IMG/VR virus record: IMGVR_UViG_3300022925_000006
DNA: 64,000 nucleotides
Direction: 5' to 3' (one strand)
Source of the DNA: a virus
Made by a program: the position numbers and the translations under genes. Positions 36,615 through 46,169 of this stretch are shown piece after piece. The notes beneath the pieces are model-generated. The model was not told the origin of the DNA. It worked only from the letters and a program-made list of their open reading frames with translations, and ran no database searches. Each line of letters begins with the position of its first letter. Position 1 is the first letter of the stretch.

Positions 36615-37595
36615 ATGGCACTATTAGATTTTAGCAAAACATACAAACCTTTCCTCTACCCTTGGGCGGTAGAACTAGTAAAGAAACACGAAGAGATTCA
36701 CTGGATTGAAGACGAGGCGGAATTGTCCGAAGATATTCAAGACTGGAGAACTAAACTAAGCGAAAATGAAAAAGAATTCATCACTCAAGTATTGAGACTG
36801 TTTACTCAGTCGGACGTACAGGTGGGTGAGAACTATCACGAGCTGTTGATTCCTAAGTTTAAGAACAACGAGATTCGTAACATGTTGTCCTCATTTGCAA
36901 ACCGTGAAGGTGTACACCAACGTGCATATGCATTGTTGAATGACACTCTGGGTTTACCCGATGAAGAACACTCTGCTTTTATGGAATACAAAGAGATGGC
37001 AGATAAGATTGACTTCATGAAAGAGGGTGATATCAACTCGCATACAGGTCTTGCACTCGTACTTGCACAATCTGTATTCAACGAAGGTATGTCATTGTTT
37101 GCGTCATTCGTGATGTTGTTGAACTTTCAACGTTTCGGTAAGATGAAAGGTATGGGTACGATTGTTGAGTGGTCTATCAGAGACGAGACTATTCATGTAC
37201 AAGGCAACGCAAAACTGTTCCGTGAGTTTACTAACGAACACCCACGAATCGTTAATGACGAATTGAAATCTAAAATCTATCAGATGGCACGTAATGCTGT
37301 CAAACTAGAAGACCGATTCATTACACTTGCGTACCAGTCTGGTAATATTGAGGGTCTATCTGAAGAAGAGGTAAAACAATATATTCGTCACATTGCAGAC
37401 CGTAGACTGTTACAACTTGGTATGAAACCAAAGTTTGGTGTCAAAGACAATCCACTACCGTGGTTGGACTGGGTACTGAATGGCGCATCACACGACAACT
37501 TCTTTGAGAAGAGAGTCACCGAGTACTCCGTAAATGGTATGGAAGGTGACTGGGGTTGGGTTGATGAGGCTGATAAAGTAGTGGGTGTTGCCTAG
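36615..37595 (+). CDS. nrdB: Ribonucleotide reductase beta subunit
   Basis: FTQSD, EGVHQRAY, EGMSLF, IRDETIH, NFFEKRVTEY. Confidence 0.95.
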   Translation: MALLDFSKTYKPFLYPWAVELVKKHEEIHWIEDEAELSEDIQDWRTKLSENEKEFITQVLRLFTQSDVQVGENYHELLIPKFKNNEIRNMLSSFANREGVHQRAYALLNDTLGLPDEEHSAFMEYKEMADKIDFMKEGDINSHTGLALVLAQSVFNEGMSLFASFVMLLNFQRFGKMKGMGTIVEWSIRDETIHVQGNAKLFREFTNEHPRIVNDELKSKIYQMARNAVKLEDRFITLAYQSGNIEGLSEEEVKQYIRHIADRRLLQLGMKPKFGVKDNPLPWLDWVLNGASHDNFFEKRVTEYSVNGMEGDWGWVDEADKVVGVA

Positions 37596-37720
37596 TGGAA
37601 GAAGAGAACGAAACATATGTTTTGGAATGTTCTCTATGTGAAACCGAAACAGAGGTTCTTGTAAAAGACTGTGAAGAAGAACCCGAATATTGTCCCATGT
37701 GCGGAGTGACTATAAACTAA
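37595..37720 (+). CDS. Small zinc-ribbon protein (41 aa, not in the ORF track)
   Basis: GTG start overlapping the nrdB stop; CSLC...CPMCG. Confidence 0.6.
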   Translation: MEEENETYVLECSLCETETEVLVKDCEEEPEYCPMCGVTIN

Positions 37721-37734
37721 TCATATATACCATT

Positions 37735-38139
37735 ATGTGGATATATGAAGATAAAGAGTTTGAACCAGAAGACGAAGTCTTGGAGCAATACCAAGGCTTT
37801 GTCTACTGTTTGACAGAGTTAAGCACTGGTAAAAAGTATATTGGTAAGAAATTCTTCTGGAAACCCAAGATACTCCCTGTTACAAAAACAAGAAAAAGAC
37901 GCAAAAGAACGAGAGTCCAATCGGACTGGCGGGACTACTATGGTTCGTCCGAGAAGGTAAAAACCCTCGTAGAAGGGGGGCAGGACTTCAGGAGAACCGT
38001 TCTCAGACTGTGCCGCACTAAAGGTGAGTGTTCGTACTACGAAGCGAAACTACAATTCGAATATGATGTTTTGTTGAGTGATGAATACTATAATGAATTC
38101 ATTGGTTGTAAGATACATGCAAAACATATTAAATCGTAA
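37735..38139 (+). CDS. GIY-YIG-like protein
   Basis: GFVY.......KKYIGKK...YYGSS...E..LQF...YN. Confidence 0.7.
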   Translation: MWIYEDKEFEPEDEVLEQYQGFVYCLTELSTGKKYIGKKFFWKPKILPVTKTRKRRKRTRVQSDWRDYYGSSEKVKTLVEGGQDFRRTVLRLCRTKGECSYYEAKLQFEYDVLLSDEYYNEFIGCKIHAKHIKS

Positions 38140-39331
38140 CATAATCGGCGGCCCTCTAGGAATTATCTACAATGATATGTCTAGATTCGATATTGATATT
38201 GCAATCAATCGAATGAAGTGGAGACTCTTTGATGCGGGTGCAAAGAAGGGTGACCTAGTAACCATCTCAATCATGGAAGTGAGTCTTGACCATGTTGCGT
38301 CTATATTTGCGTGTGCAGAGATGGGATTGCGAATCTTTATTCTAGACAGTCCCGCAACCAAAGAATCTCTACCATTTACCAAACTCGCATTACACGGCCC
38401 ATCCGACTACTACATCTATAGTTCTAACGAAGACACCACCAAAATCTATAACGGTCTGCACGATGAGATGATGAAACGATATGGTGGAGTCGGTATTGAT
38501 AGTGAAGAACCGACCAAAGAAGTCTGGTTCCAAGGAGCGGAGGTATACCCAACTGACCCATTCCTAGTAAGTTCCACATCTGGCACAACTGGCCCATCTA
38601 AAGCAATCACGTTTTCACACCAAGAGGTGATAGGAATATCTCACCGTAATATTGATATCTTTTGGTTTGGTGAAGATGCGAAGGTAATTCATTCCAGAAA
38701 CTTGCACCACGCATCTGCAATGTTGACCCACCTATTACCCGCACTCATGAACGCATACTCACACAGTTCATTTGCGATTGGTCATGACCGCAGCGCAGAC
38801 GAAGACCTCAATAGACTATCGGGTCTAAAGGACTTAATCAAGACGCCCCCGTCCAACATCATGATACCCAATAAAGAGGAACTTTATGATTTCCTAGAGA
38901 CTTTCGCTGGGCCATTCAAGAGAACTGTTAATATCAATATGTGTGGATTTGTATTGGATGAGGAGTTTGTTGAACTTGCGAAAGAATACAATGTTCATTT
39001 TCAGTCACATTTCGGTACTATTGATACCGCTATCCCACTTTTTATAAACCGTGTGGGAAAAGACTCTACAATTATCCCTAATGGTCTGGGGGTATTGGCC
39101 GATGATTTCTACAAGACCACCCTAGAAAATGGTCGTATGAAGGTAGAACACGAGTGGTGGAACGAACCTCGTTATATTGAGGACGATATAGAACTAATAG
39201 ACGGACAATATGTATTACACCCGAAACCAAGAAATAATGTAGAATTGCCCGAAGGATTTGACATCACGCCTTTCTTCCAAGACACTAAAATCAACTACGA
39301 ACAACTACGTGGCCACCTAAAAATAATTTAA
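38117..39331 (+). CDS. AMP-binding (ANL) adenylation-like enzyme lacking the C-terminal lid
   Basis: SSTSGTTGPSKA P-loop; LHH; HFGTID. Confidence 0.7.
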   Translation: MQNILNRNIIGGPLGIIYNDMSRFDIDIAINRMKWRLFDAGAKKGDLVTISIMEVSLDHVASIFACAEMGLRIFILDSPATKESLPFTKLALHGPSDYYIYSSNEDTTKIYNGLHDEMMKRYGGVGIDSEEPTKEVWFQGAEVYPTDPFLVSSTSGTTGPSKAITFSHQEVIGISHRNIDIFWFGEDAKVIHSRNLHHASAMLTHLLPALMNAYSHSSFAIGHDRSADEDLNRLSGLKDLIKTPPSNIMIPNKEELYDFLETFAGPFKRTVNINMCGFVLDEEFVELAKEYNVHFQSHFGTIDTAIPLFINRVGKDSTIIPNGLGVLADDFYKTTLENGRMKVEHEWWNEPRYIEDDIELIDGQYVLHPKPRNNVELPEGFDITPFFQDTKINYEQLRGHLKII

Positions 39332-39339
39332 AAAAAGTG

Positions 39340-39379
39340 TTGCCAAACCTTGCTGTTGTTGTTATAATAAGTACATAAA
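39340..39379 (+). promoter_or_regulatory. Early promoter cassette, family A
   Basis: TTGCCA-17-TATAAT-AAGTACATAAAGT. Confidence 0.85.
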
Positions 39380-39392
39380 GTGAGAAAAGGAA

Positions 39393-39614
39393 ATGATTAT
39401 GTTTAAAGAATTTATTGAGTATGTTAACGGGTTTTACGGTAAAGGCGGTATCTACGCCAAGGAAGACTACGCAACTATTCCCCAAATCCAAGCTGCGACT
39501 GAAGCGTATATCAACAGGTTGACTGAGACAGTCACTTGGGGTGGTGGCGACAGTCTTGATAGAGAGAGGGTTGGTCAAATCCTTGTGGATGAAATGAGTG
39601 TGAAACTTTATTGA
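39393..39614 (+). CDS. Hypothetical early protein
   Basis: Cassette between two family A promoters; FYGKGGIY...GDSLDRE.V. Confidence 0.65.
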   Translation: MIMFKEFIEYVNGFYGKGGIYAKEDYATIPQIQAATEAYINRLTETVTWGGGDSLDRERVGQILVDEMSVKLY

Positions 39615-39622
39615 AAAAAGTG

Positions 39623-39662
39623 TTGCCAAAAGTTGCTGTTGTTGTTATAATAAGTACATAAA
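39623..39662 (+). promoter_or_regulatory. Early promoter cassette, family A
   Basis: TTGCCA-17-TATAAT-AAGTACATAAA. Confidence 0.85.
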
Positions 39663-39682
39663 CTAAAGAAAGGAAAGAAATT

Positions 39683-40105
39683 ATGGCGTTTGTATCTCAA
39701 GAAGAAAAGAAAGCCCTTGCTGTTGAAGTCAAGAAAGTCTGCAAAAAGTATGGGTTCAAAGTGAGTCTGAGTGTCAGACATCACAGTACTTTGGTCGCAA
39801 AGGTCAAAGGTGCGAAACAAATCCTTGAGGGGTACTGTGCAGAACAGATGACCCCTTTTAAGGTTGCCAAGAGGGAGTTCAACGGTTACAATAACTTCTC
39901 TCCCGAAGCAGTTATGGAAGAGTCTGCGAAGTGGGGTCACGATGTGAACCTTTACTGGTTTGAAGAGAACTACTGTCCTACTGGGGTGAAGTTCTTAAAA
40001 GAACTAAAGGCGGCGATGGAAGGGCCTGAGTTCTTCTGTGAAGATGATGCAATGACTGACTACTTTCACAGAAGTCACTACACTGACGTTAACCTGTACG
40101 CATAA
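39683..40105 (+). CDS. Hypothetical early protein
   Basis: K.SLSVRHHSTL...DAMTDYF; AAGGA SD. Confidence 0.7.
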   Translation: MAFVSQEEKKALAVEVKKVCKKYGFKVSLSVRHHSTLVAKVKGAKQILEGYCAEQMTPFKVAKREFNGYNNFSPEAVMEESAKWGHDVNLYWFEENYCPTGVKFLKELKAAMEGPEFFCEDDAMTDYFHRSHYTDVNLYA

Positions 40106-40131
40106 TGGAACAGTTTAAGGAATGATATATA

Positions 40132-40323
40132 ATGGGTATGAGTGAGAAAGAAATTCTCAAGAAAAAAGGTGCGATTGCGATTGAGGAATATATTGCAATC
40201 GCACAAAAAAGACTTGAAGAAGCTAAATTAAACAAGGACGAAGAAGGAGTCGCAGTTGCGACTTATCTCGTTGCAGAATATGAACAGATGTTGGAAGAAT
40301 TTGTTAAATATTATGCTAAGTAG
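40132..40323 (+). CDS. Hypothetical protein
   Basis: Helical ORF with AAGGA upstream. Confidence 0.55.
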   Translation: MGMSEKEILKKKGAIAIEEYIAIAQKRLEEAKLNKDEEGVAVATYLVAEYEQMLEEFVKYYAK

Positions 40324-40362
40324 AGAACCTTCCGAGTATATATAATATTATAAGAGGAAACT

Positions 40363-40785
40363 ATGCAAAAAGAAGTGTTTGAAATCTTCGAAGATTTCAC
40401 TAAATTGAAAGCAAGAAAAGATAAGATTGCTTTCCTACAACAACAGGGTAACGAAATTCCCGCTATTAAAGATGTCCTTCGAGGTGCATTCGATGACCGT
40501 CTCAAGTTTGTCTTACCCGAAGGCAAACCACCCTATACCCCAAATAGACCCGAAAGTGTCCCGTCAACTTTACGTAATCTTCACCGACAATTTGGTGACT
40601 ACGTTGAAGGAGCTAGGTCTAAAGAGATGGGTCAAATTAGGTTAGAAACAAGATTCATTCAGATGTTAGAAAGTATCCATGCTGAGGATGCACTAATAGT
40701 TCTGGATATGGTGGCAAAGAAACCACCAGTCAAAGGTTTGACAAAAAAGATTGTAGAAGAGGCATTCCCTAATTTACTTTCTTAA
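40363..40785 (+). CDS. Conserved T4-like protein (DUF6433-like)
   Basis: FD..LKF.LPEG.PPY; E..FIQMLESIH..DA. Confidence 0.7.
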   Translation: MQKEVFEIFEDFTKLKARKDKIAFLQQQGNEIPAIKDVLRGAFDDRLKFVLPEGKPPYTPNRPESVPSTLRNLHRQFGDYVEGARSKEMGQIRLETRFIQMLESIHAEDALIVLDMVAKKPPVKGLTKKIVEEAFPNLLS

Positions 40786-40823
40786 CTTCGTTATGTTTCT
40801 TTTAATAACAAGGAGCGCAACAT

Positions 40824-40997
40824 ATGCCAAGAAACCAAATAGAGCGATTGAAGAATGATAGCAGAGAACTTGACAATTACATCCACCGTCTCAAGAAAAA
40901 GGGAAGAGACAACCTTGCTCACAAGTTAGCTGTTAAAAAATCATTACTTAATCAAACTATTGCCGAATATGAAAATTCAAATTCACTTCTAGCATAA
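40824..40997 (+). CDS. Small protein (57 aa, not in the ORF track)
   Basis: AAGGAG SD; MPRNQIERLKNDS...LLA*. Confidence 0.6.
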   Translation: MPRNQIERLKNDSRELDNYIHRLKKKGRDNLAHKLAVKKSLLNQTIAEYENSNSLLA

Positions 40998-41021
40998 AAG
41001 GTAGGTGGTAATTATCTCGGA

Positions 41022-41044
41022 GGGGGTGCTGGTCACCCCCTTTC
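41022..41044 (+). terminator. Rho-independent terminator
   Basis: GGGGGTG-ctggt-CACCCCC followed by TTT. Confidence 0.6.
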
Positions 41045-41062
41045 GTCATTTGGAAATAAATT

Positions 41063-41404
41063 ATGTTATTGACTATGTTAAAATCTAAAATCCACGGTGC
41101 AATCGTCACCGAATGTGACCTTCGTTACGAAGGGTCTATTGCAATCGATGAAGATTGGATGGACGATGTCGGAATACTCCCCAACGAACAAGTAGATGTT
41201 GTCAACCTAAATACAGGTGGACGATGGACTACTTACGCTATTCCCGCAAGACGGGGCAGTGGTTGGATAGGTGTCAATGGTGCGGGTGCAAGACTGGCGG
41301 TCGAAGAAGACGAAGTTATCATCATGGCATATTGTCAAACATCTCAACTGAAAGCAAGATGGTTAAAACCCAAAATTATAACTGATGAGGAAATGTACAA
41401 ATAA
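41063..41404 (+). CDS. panD: Aspartate 1-decarboxylase
   Basis: MLKSKIH.A.VT..DL.YEG|SI self-cleavage site; R.TTYAI; NGAGARL. Confidence 0.93.
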   Translation: MLLTMLKSKIHGAIVTECDLRYEGSIAIDEDWMDDVGILPNEQVDVVNLNTGGRWTTYAIPARRGSGWIGVNGAGARLAVEEDEVIIMAYCQTSQLKARWLKPKIITDEEMYK

Positions 41405-41640
41405 TGCCGTTATATACAATCATTAATGTCAAGAACGGAGAAACCGAAGACCTAATGTGTTCGTATGATTCTCTACAGGAGAAACTGGAAGACTTGGGAG
41501 AGGACTGGAGACAACAAGTGGGTGCTCCAAATCTTATTACTCATACAGGTAGTGTGATTAGTAAAACTTCGGGGGACTGGCAAAACTTAATGACTAAAAT
41601 TAACAAAGGTTCTGGAAGAGGGAATACCGTCAAATCATGA
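41404..41640 (+). CDS. FmdB-like small protein
   Basis: MPLYT...GE start, typical upstream of phage phoH. Confidence 0.55.
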   Translation: MPLYTIINVKNGETEDLMCSYDSLQEKLEDLGEDWRQQVGAPNLITHTGSVISKTSGDWQNLMTKINKGSGRGNTVKS

Positions 41641-42323
41641 CTATGAAACGTCTCAAAATAGACCACTTACTAACATACCAAGCGATTACCGAAAACCAAG
41701 GGCTTGCATACGAAGCATTCAAGGAAGGAGACCACCTCGTTCTTTGTGGTTCTGCTGGTACAGGTAAAACCTTTGTAGGTATGTACCTTGCACTACAAGA
41801 TGTCATGGATAAATCTTATGACCAAGACAAACTTGTTATTGTAAGAAGTGTAGTCCCTACCAGAGAGATGGGTTATCTGCCAGGCTCTGTGGAAGAAAAG
41901 ATTGATGCTTATGTTGCACCTTATCGTGCAATCGCAACCGAACTATTCAACGAGAAGACTGCATACGAGAACCTAGAACAACAAGGTCATATTGAATTTG
42001 TGTCTACATCGTTTATTCGTGGCACAACTTTAGATGACTGTATTGTACTTGTGGATGAGATGCAGAACCTCACCTTCCACGAATTAGATAGTATCATTAC
42101 AAGGGTGGGACGTAACAGTCGTATTATCTTCTCTGGTGATTATTATCAGTCTGACCTCAAGTCGAGTTCAGACAAAAAGGGTATCCTTGACTTCATGAAC
42201 ATCATAGAAGTCATGAATAATTTTACAACCGTAGAATTTGGATGGGCAGATATCGTCCGTTCAGACTTTGTTAGAGACTATATAATGACAAAGGAAATGG
42301 TTGAAAGAGGAAACATAAAATGA
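41637..42323 (+). CDS. phoH: PhoH-like ATPase
   Basis: GSAGTGKT, GYLPG, FIRGTTL, VDEMQN, GD..QSDL, DIVRS. Confidence 0.95.
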   Translation: MTMKRLKIDHLLTYQAITENQGLAYEAFKEGDHLVLCGSAGTGKTFVGMYLALQDVMDKSYDQDKLVIVRSVVPTREMGYLPGSVEEKIDAYVAPYRAIATELFNEKTAYENLEQQGHIEFVSTSFIRGTTLDDCIVLVDEMQNLTFHELDSIITRVGRNSRIIFSGDYYQSDLKSSSDKKGILDFMNIIEVMNNFTTVEFGWADIVRSDFVRDYIMTKEMVERGNIK

Positions 42324-42784
42324 AATTAAGCAAAAACTTTTCACTCAAAGAGTTTACAAGGTCAATGACCGCAACTCGTTTGGGTATTGATAACACACCT
42401 GAAGGCGAACACTTAACGGCTGCAAAAGAATTATTCACTAATGTGATTCAACCAGTGAGAGACAAATTTGGTATCACTCGAATCACTTCGGGTTATCGTT
42501 CACCAGCACTAAACGAAGCAATCGGTGGTTCTACAAAGTCACAACACTGTAAGGGTCAAGCTGTTGACTTTGAATGTGACAGGGCAGATAACCTAGTAGT
42601 TGCACAGTGGATTAGGGACAATTTAAAATTTGACCAACTCATCTCGGAGTTCTATGAAGCAGGTGACCCAACATCTGGTTGGATTCACGTTACTTGGGTA
42701 AGTGCAGAACACAATCGTAACAGATGTCTGACCGCAAAACGTGTAGATGGTAAAGTACAATATAGTGTTGGATTGCCTGAATGA
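42320..42784 (+). CDS. Peptidase M15A endolysin-like protein
   Basis: SGYRSP.LN.AIGGS..SQH..GQA.D ... WIHV. Confidence 0.88.
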   Translation: MKLSKNFSLKEFTRSMTATRLGIDNTPEGEHLTAAKELFTNVIQPVRDKFGITRITSGYRSPALNEAIGGSTKSQHCKGQAVDFECDRADNLVVAQWIRDNLKFDQLISEFYEAGDPTSGWIHVTWVSAEHNRNRCLTAKRVDGKVQYSVGLPE

Positions 42785-43641
42785 ACTTAATCTTTCAATA
42801 TATGATTACGAACGAGGAAACCGAGAAACGGAAGTCTGTTCCTGAGTATCCCCAAGGTACACGTTCTGAGTTATATCGTGTAACTGGTGACCTGTCGGCA
42901 AAATCATTTAGAGAGTATGCCAGAGATATTGGTGTGCATCATCAATACTCAACCAAACAAGTATTTACTGCGGGCAAGACTGGTTCAACTGTGCTGCTTT
43001 TCGAGTGCTTGCGTATCATATATGACCCAATATATGACCGCTATGATAAGATTGCGTTTATCGACAGTGACATTATCTGCAACACACGAGAGAACATTTT
43101 TGACCAAACCAATGGTTATGATGTGACGGGTGTCTTTGAATCTGAGATACGTTCTGGTACGGATGGTGGATACAATACTTGGGACTACAGTGACAAGATT
43201 AAGAAACAGTTGATTACCAAGTATGAACGTAACGGTATCCCAATTGTACCCACAGAATCCCCATATCGTCCGTCCTGCGTCACTACATTCAATACTGGGG
43301 TATTGGTATGGACTAAGGAAGCACGTCTCAAAGCGAGAGAGTGTTTCGATGACTGGTATGAATATATGGCGGATGGGGACAAACACGGTGACCCATTCTG
43401 GTTGAATAACGACCAACCCTTTATCTCTGGCCAGTTGACCAAACATGGGTTCAACATTCAGAGTATAGACCAGAAATGGAATGATACCCCAACCCACTGG
43501 AAAGATGACCGTGGATATGACATGAACTTTCTCCACTACACTGGTGGTGGTAATAAGGTTGTCATGTTGGATGATTATGAAGCTGATAAATTCAGGTATC
43601 TCGTAACCGATGAATACAGGAATCCTTGGCAAGAGCCATAA
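42781..43641 (+). CDS. Glycosyltransferase (GT8/GT34-like)
   Basis: IDSD DxD motif, FNTGV, NDQ, WN, FLHY. Confidence 0.8.
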   Translation: MNLIFQYMITNEETEKRKSVPEYPQGTRSELYRVTGDLSAKSFREYARDIGVHHQYSTKQVFTAGKTGSTVLLFECLRIIYDPIYDRYDKIAFIDSDIICNTRENIFDQTNGYDVTGVFESEIRSGTDGGYNTWDYSDKIKKQLITKYERNGIPIVPTESPYRPSCVTTFNTGVLVWTKEARLKARECFDDWYEYMADGDKHGDPFWLNNDQPFISGQLTKHGFNIQSIDQKWNDTPTHWKDDRGYDMNFLHYTGGGNKVVMLDDYEADKFRYLVTDEYRNPWQEP

Positions 43642-43645
43642 ACGC

Positions 43646-43674
43646 TTGACAAAACATGTTTATCTTGTTATAAT
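43646..43674 (+). promoter_or_regulatory. sigma70-type promoter
   Basis: TTGACA-17-TATAAT; spacer similar to 63313. Confidence 0.8.
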
Positions 43675-43680
43675 ACTAAC

Positions 43681-44298
43681 ATGATGAAAAAAGAACCATT
43701 AACAAAAGGAAAAGAAGTGCTAAGTCAGTACCATAAGGTAATACTTACAGATGCAGATGGTGTTCTCCTGAACTGGGGATATGCCTTCGATGTGTGGATG
43801 ACCGAGAAAGGTTATGTCGCAGAAGACAAATTAAAGTATGATATCGCAGAAATCTACGGTATCACTAAAACAGAATCTAAGAAACTAGTCAGAGAGTTCA
43901 ACGAGTCTGCCCATATGGGTTTTGTGCCTCCGTTAAGAGATGCAATCCAGTATGTCAGAAAGTTGCACGAAGAACACGGTTATGTGTTTCACCTGATTAC
44001 GTCAATGAGTAAAGACGAGAACGCACAGAAACTAAGAACAATGAACATTCAGAAGTTGTTCGGTGAGACTGCGTTTACCAAGTTCATCTACCTCGACACT
44101 GGGGCAGACAAGGATGAGGTATTGAGTCAATACGAAGGAACAGATTATACTTGGGTTGAAGACAAGGTTGAGAATGCACACGCTGGTGCAAACTTTGGTC
44201 TGGATTCTATTGTCATGGAACATGGATACAACATGGACGATGACAGTTTCCCACTCATGAAGGGTTGGAAAGACGTGTACGAGTACCTAGTCGGTTAA
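43681..44298 (+). CDS. HAD-family 5'(3')-nucleotidase-like protein (T4 30.2-like)
   Basis: TDADGVL, WVEDK..NA. The start may be the GTG near 43717. Confidence 0.8.
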   Translation: MMKKEPLTKGKEVLSQYHKVILTDADGVLLNWGYAFDVWMTEKGYVAEDKLKYDIAEIYGITKTESKKLVREFNESAHMGFVPPLRDAIQYVRKLHEEHGYVFHLITSMSKDENAQKLRTMNIQKLFGETAFTKFIYLDTGADKDEVLSQYEGTDYTWVEDKVENAHAGANFGLDSIVMEHGYNMDDDSFPLMKGWKDVYEYLVG

Positions 44299-44318
44299 AA
44301 CTTCTTATATATAACTAC

Positions 44319-45833
44319 ATGAAAAGATATGTAGGTTACTCAGAATATTACCATGACGCTGCAATGGCCATCGTTAACCCCGATGGTTCAGTCGAATGGG
44401 CATCCCAATCAGAACGTTATAGTGGTAGAAAACACGATGACTTAATACACCCACCTATGTGGGAGTTTGTCAACAGAGAAGACCACGTAACTTTCTACGA
44501 AGACATTGATTTACGAAGAGAGAAGATGGGCGGTTTCCGAACCTTTGGTGGTTGGTCTGACCGTGGATTTCTAAACGAAAAAGCAGAACAAAGCACTCCA
44601 ATGCGTAACTCATTGATGTTTGATTCTTTCAATCTACATCATGAAAGTCATTGTGCTCTTGCATTCTTTACCCGACCTTGGGAATCAAAAGAAGATACTG
44701 TTTGTGTTTCTGTGGACGGTTCAGGCGAACTCGAATCAATCGCAATCTATGACCACAACCTTAAACCAATTAAAAAAATTATGTGGCCTCAGTCCTTGGG
44801 TTCACTCTATGGTCAAGTCGTTGTATCATTAGGATATCAAAATCTCAGAGATGAATATATCATCATGGGTCTTGCGTCCTATGGCAAACCCGATGACACC
44901 CTCTACGAAATACTATACAACGCTTACCACTGGTATGAAAGTGACCATGGGTTGAGGGTTAAACAGATTGTAGATTTTGAGGGTGGTTCAATTGCAGAAA
45001 GTCCCCTGTCAGCAAAATTTGTTCAGTACGGAGAAAGAATTAATAGTAGGTGTAAGGACATTTCACAAGAAGATGCTTCCGCAACTATACAAAAATTCTT
45101 TGAGGATGAAGTCCTTGAGATTATGAAAGAAGCAAGGAAGTATGGTTCTAAACTAGTTTATGGTGGAGGGTGCGCTCAGAACGTTACTGCAAACTCTAAG
45201 ATTTATGAATTGTTTGATGAGATGCATATCGCAATTGCACCCAATGACGCTGGTAATGCTCTGGGGTGTGCTGCATACACATGGCACAAAGAGACTGGTG
45301 GAACACACCTGACATGGTCACCATACCTTGGTCACAACATTGACCGAGAGATAGACCCCAAAGAAGTTGCACAATACCTTGTAGATAATAAAGTGTGTGG
45401 TGTCGCAAATGGACGTGCAGAGTATGGCCCTCGTGCGTTAGGCAACCGTTCTCTCCTTGCAGACGTAAGATTCGATGTGAAGGATACGGTAAACGATATC
45501 AAGCGTAGACATCGATTTAGACCCTTTGCCCCCGCTATTCTATCTGAACATGCAGAAGAATACTTTGATGGCCCAATGAACAAGTATATGCAATTCATCG
45601 CAAAGGCAAAACACGACTATTCGTCTGTTACCCATGTCGATGGAACAGCAAGAGTTCAACTAGTGACTCCAGACTGTGAATCAGTCCTTCGTCAAATACT
45701 AGAAGAATATTATAAATTAACAGGTGTACCGATGTTACTAAATACATCACTGAACATTCGTAACAAACCTATGGTCAATACCATAGAAGATGCAATCGAA
45801 TGGGAAAAGAAATATAAAGTAAAGGTGTTTTAA
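44319..45833 (+). CDS. NodU/CmcH-family carbamoyltransferase
   Basis: HDAA, ERYSGRKH, HHESH, VDG.GE, MGLASYG, GGCAQN, EYGPRALGNRS, RPFAP, HVDGTARVQ, LNTSLN. Confidence 0.92.
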   Translation: MKRYVGYSEYYHDAAMAIVNPDGSVEWASQSERYSGRKHDDLIHPPMWEFVNREDHVTFYEDIDLRREKMGGFRTFGGWSDRGFLNEKAEQSTPMRNSLMFDSFNLHHESHCALAFFTRPWESKEDTVCVSVDGSGELESIAIYDHNLKPIKKIMWPQSLGSLYGQVVVSLGYQNLRDEYIIMGLASYGKPDDTLYEILYNAYHWYESDHGLRVKQIVDFEGGSIAESPLSAKFVQYGERINSRCKDISQEDASATIQKFFEDEVLEIMKEARKYGSKLVYGGGCAQNVTANSKIYELFDEMHIAIAPNDAGNALGCAAYTWHKETGGTHLTWSPYLGHNIDREIDPKEVAQYLVDNKVCGVANGRAEYGPRALGNRSLLADVRFDVKDTVNDIKRRHRFRPFAPAILSEHAEEYFDGPMNKYMQFIAKAKHDYSSVTHVDGTARVQLVTPDCESVLRQILEEYYKLTGVPMLLNTSLNIRNKPMVNTIEDAIEWEKKYKVKVF

Positions 45834-46166
45834 ATGGAAGAAAATAAAGATATGCAAAGAGATTTTTATCATCCCGCAGATTCAAATGGGGACGGTAAAG
45901 TCTCGGATAGAGAACAGGACATGTATTTTGAGTTCAAAAGAAAGGAACTAGAAGACAAAGATGCAATGCGTGACGCACAACGTAAGATGGCATGGTTTGC
46001 CCTCTATGGTATGTTGTTATATCCCTTTGCAGTTGTTTTGACTAATCTACTAGACCTGACCCAATCGGGTATTATTCTGGGTGATATGGCTCCAACATAC
46101 TTTGTATCGGTTGCCGCTATCGTTGCTGCATTCTTTGGTGGACAAGTATTCGCAAATAAGAAGTAG
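45834..46166 (+). CDS. Membrane protein with an EF-hand-like loop
   Basis: DSNGDGKVSDRE; two TM helices. Confidence 0.65.
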   Translation: MEENKDMQRDFYHPADSNGDGKVSDREQDMYFEFKRKELEDKDAMRDAQRKMAWFALYGMLLYPFAVVLTNLLDLTQSGIILGDMAPTYFVSVAAIVAAFFGGQVFANKK

Positions 46167-46169
46167 ATA

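Noticed and set aside
34617-37595. Introns or inteins in nrdA/nrdB (also checked uvsX, gp41, thyX, phoH)
   Set aside because: The frames are continuous and of normal length; the only extra segment is a glutaredoxin domain.
37735-38139. Mobile homing endonuclease next to nrdB
   Set aside because: It has only the ~134-aa GIY-YIG-like domain with no DNA-binding extension, and nrdA and nrdB are uninterrupted. Kept as a CDS, not a mobile element.
39340-39662. Direct repeats ~283 nt apart resembling a CRISPR array or att sites
   Set aside because: They are promoter cassettes (-35/-10 boxes) flanking a gene; there are only two adjacent copies and no integrase.
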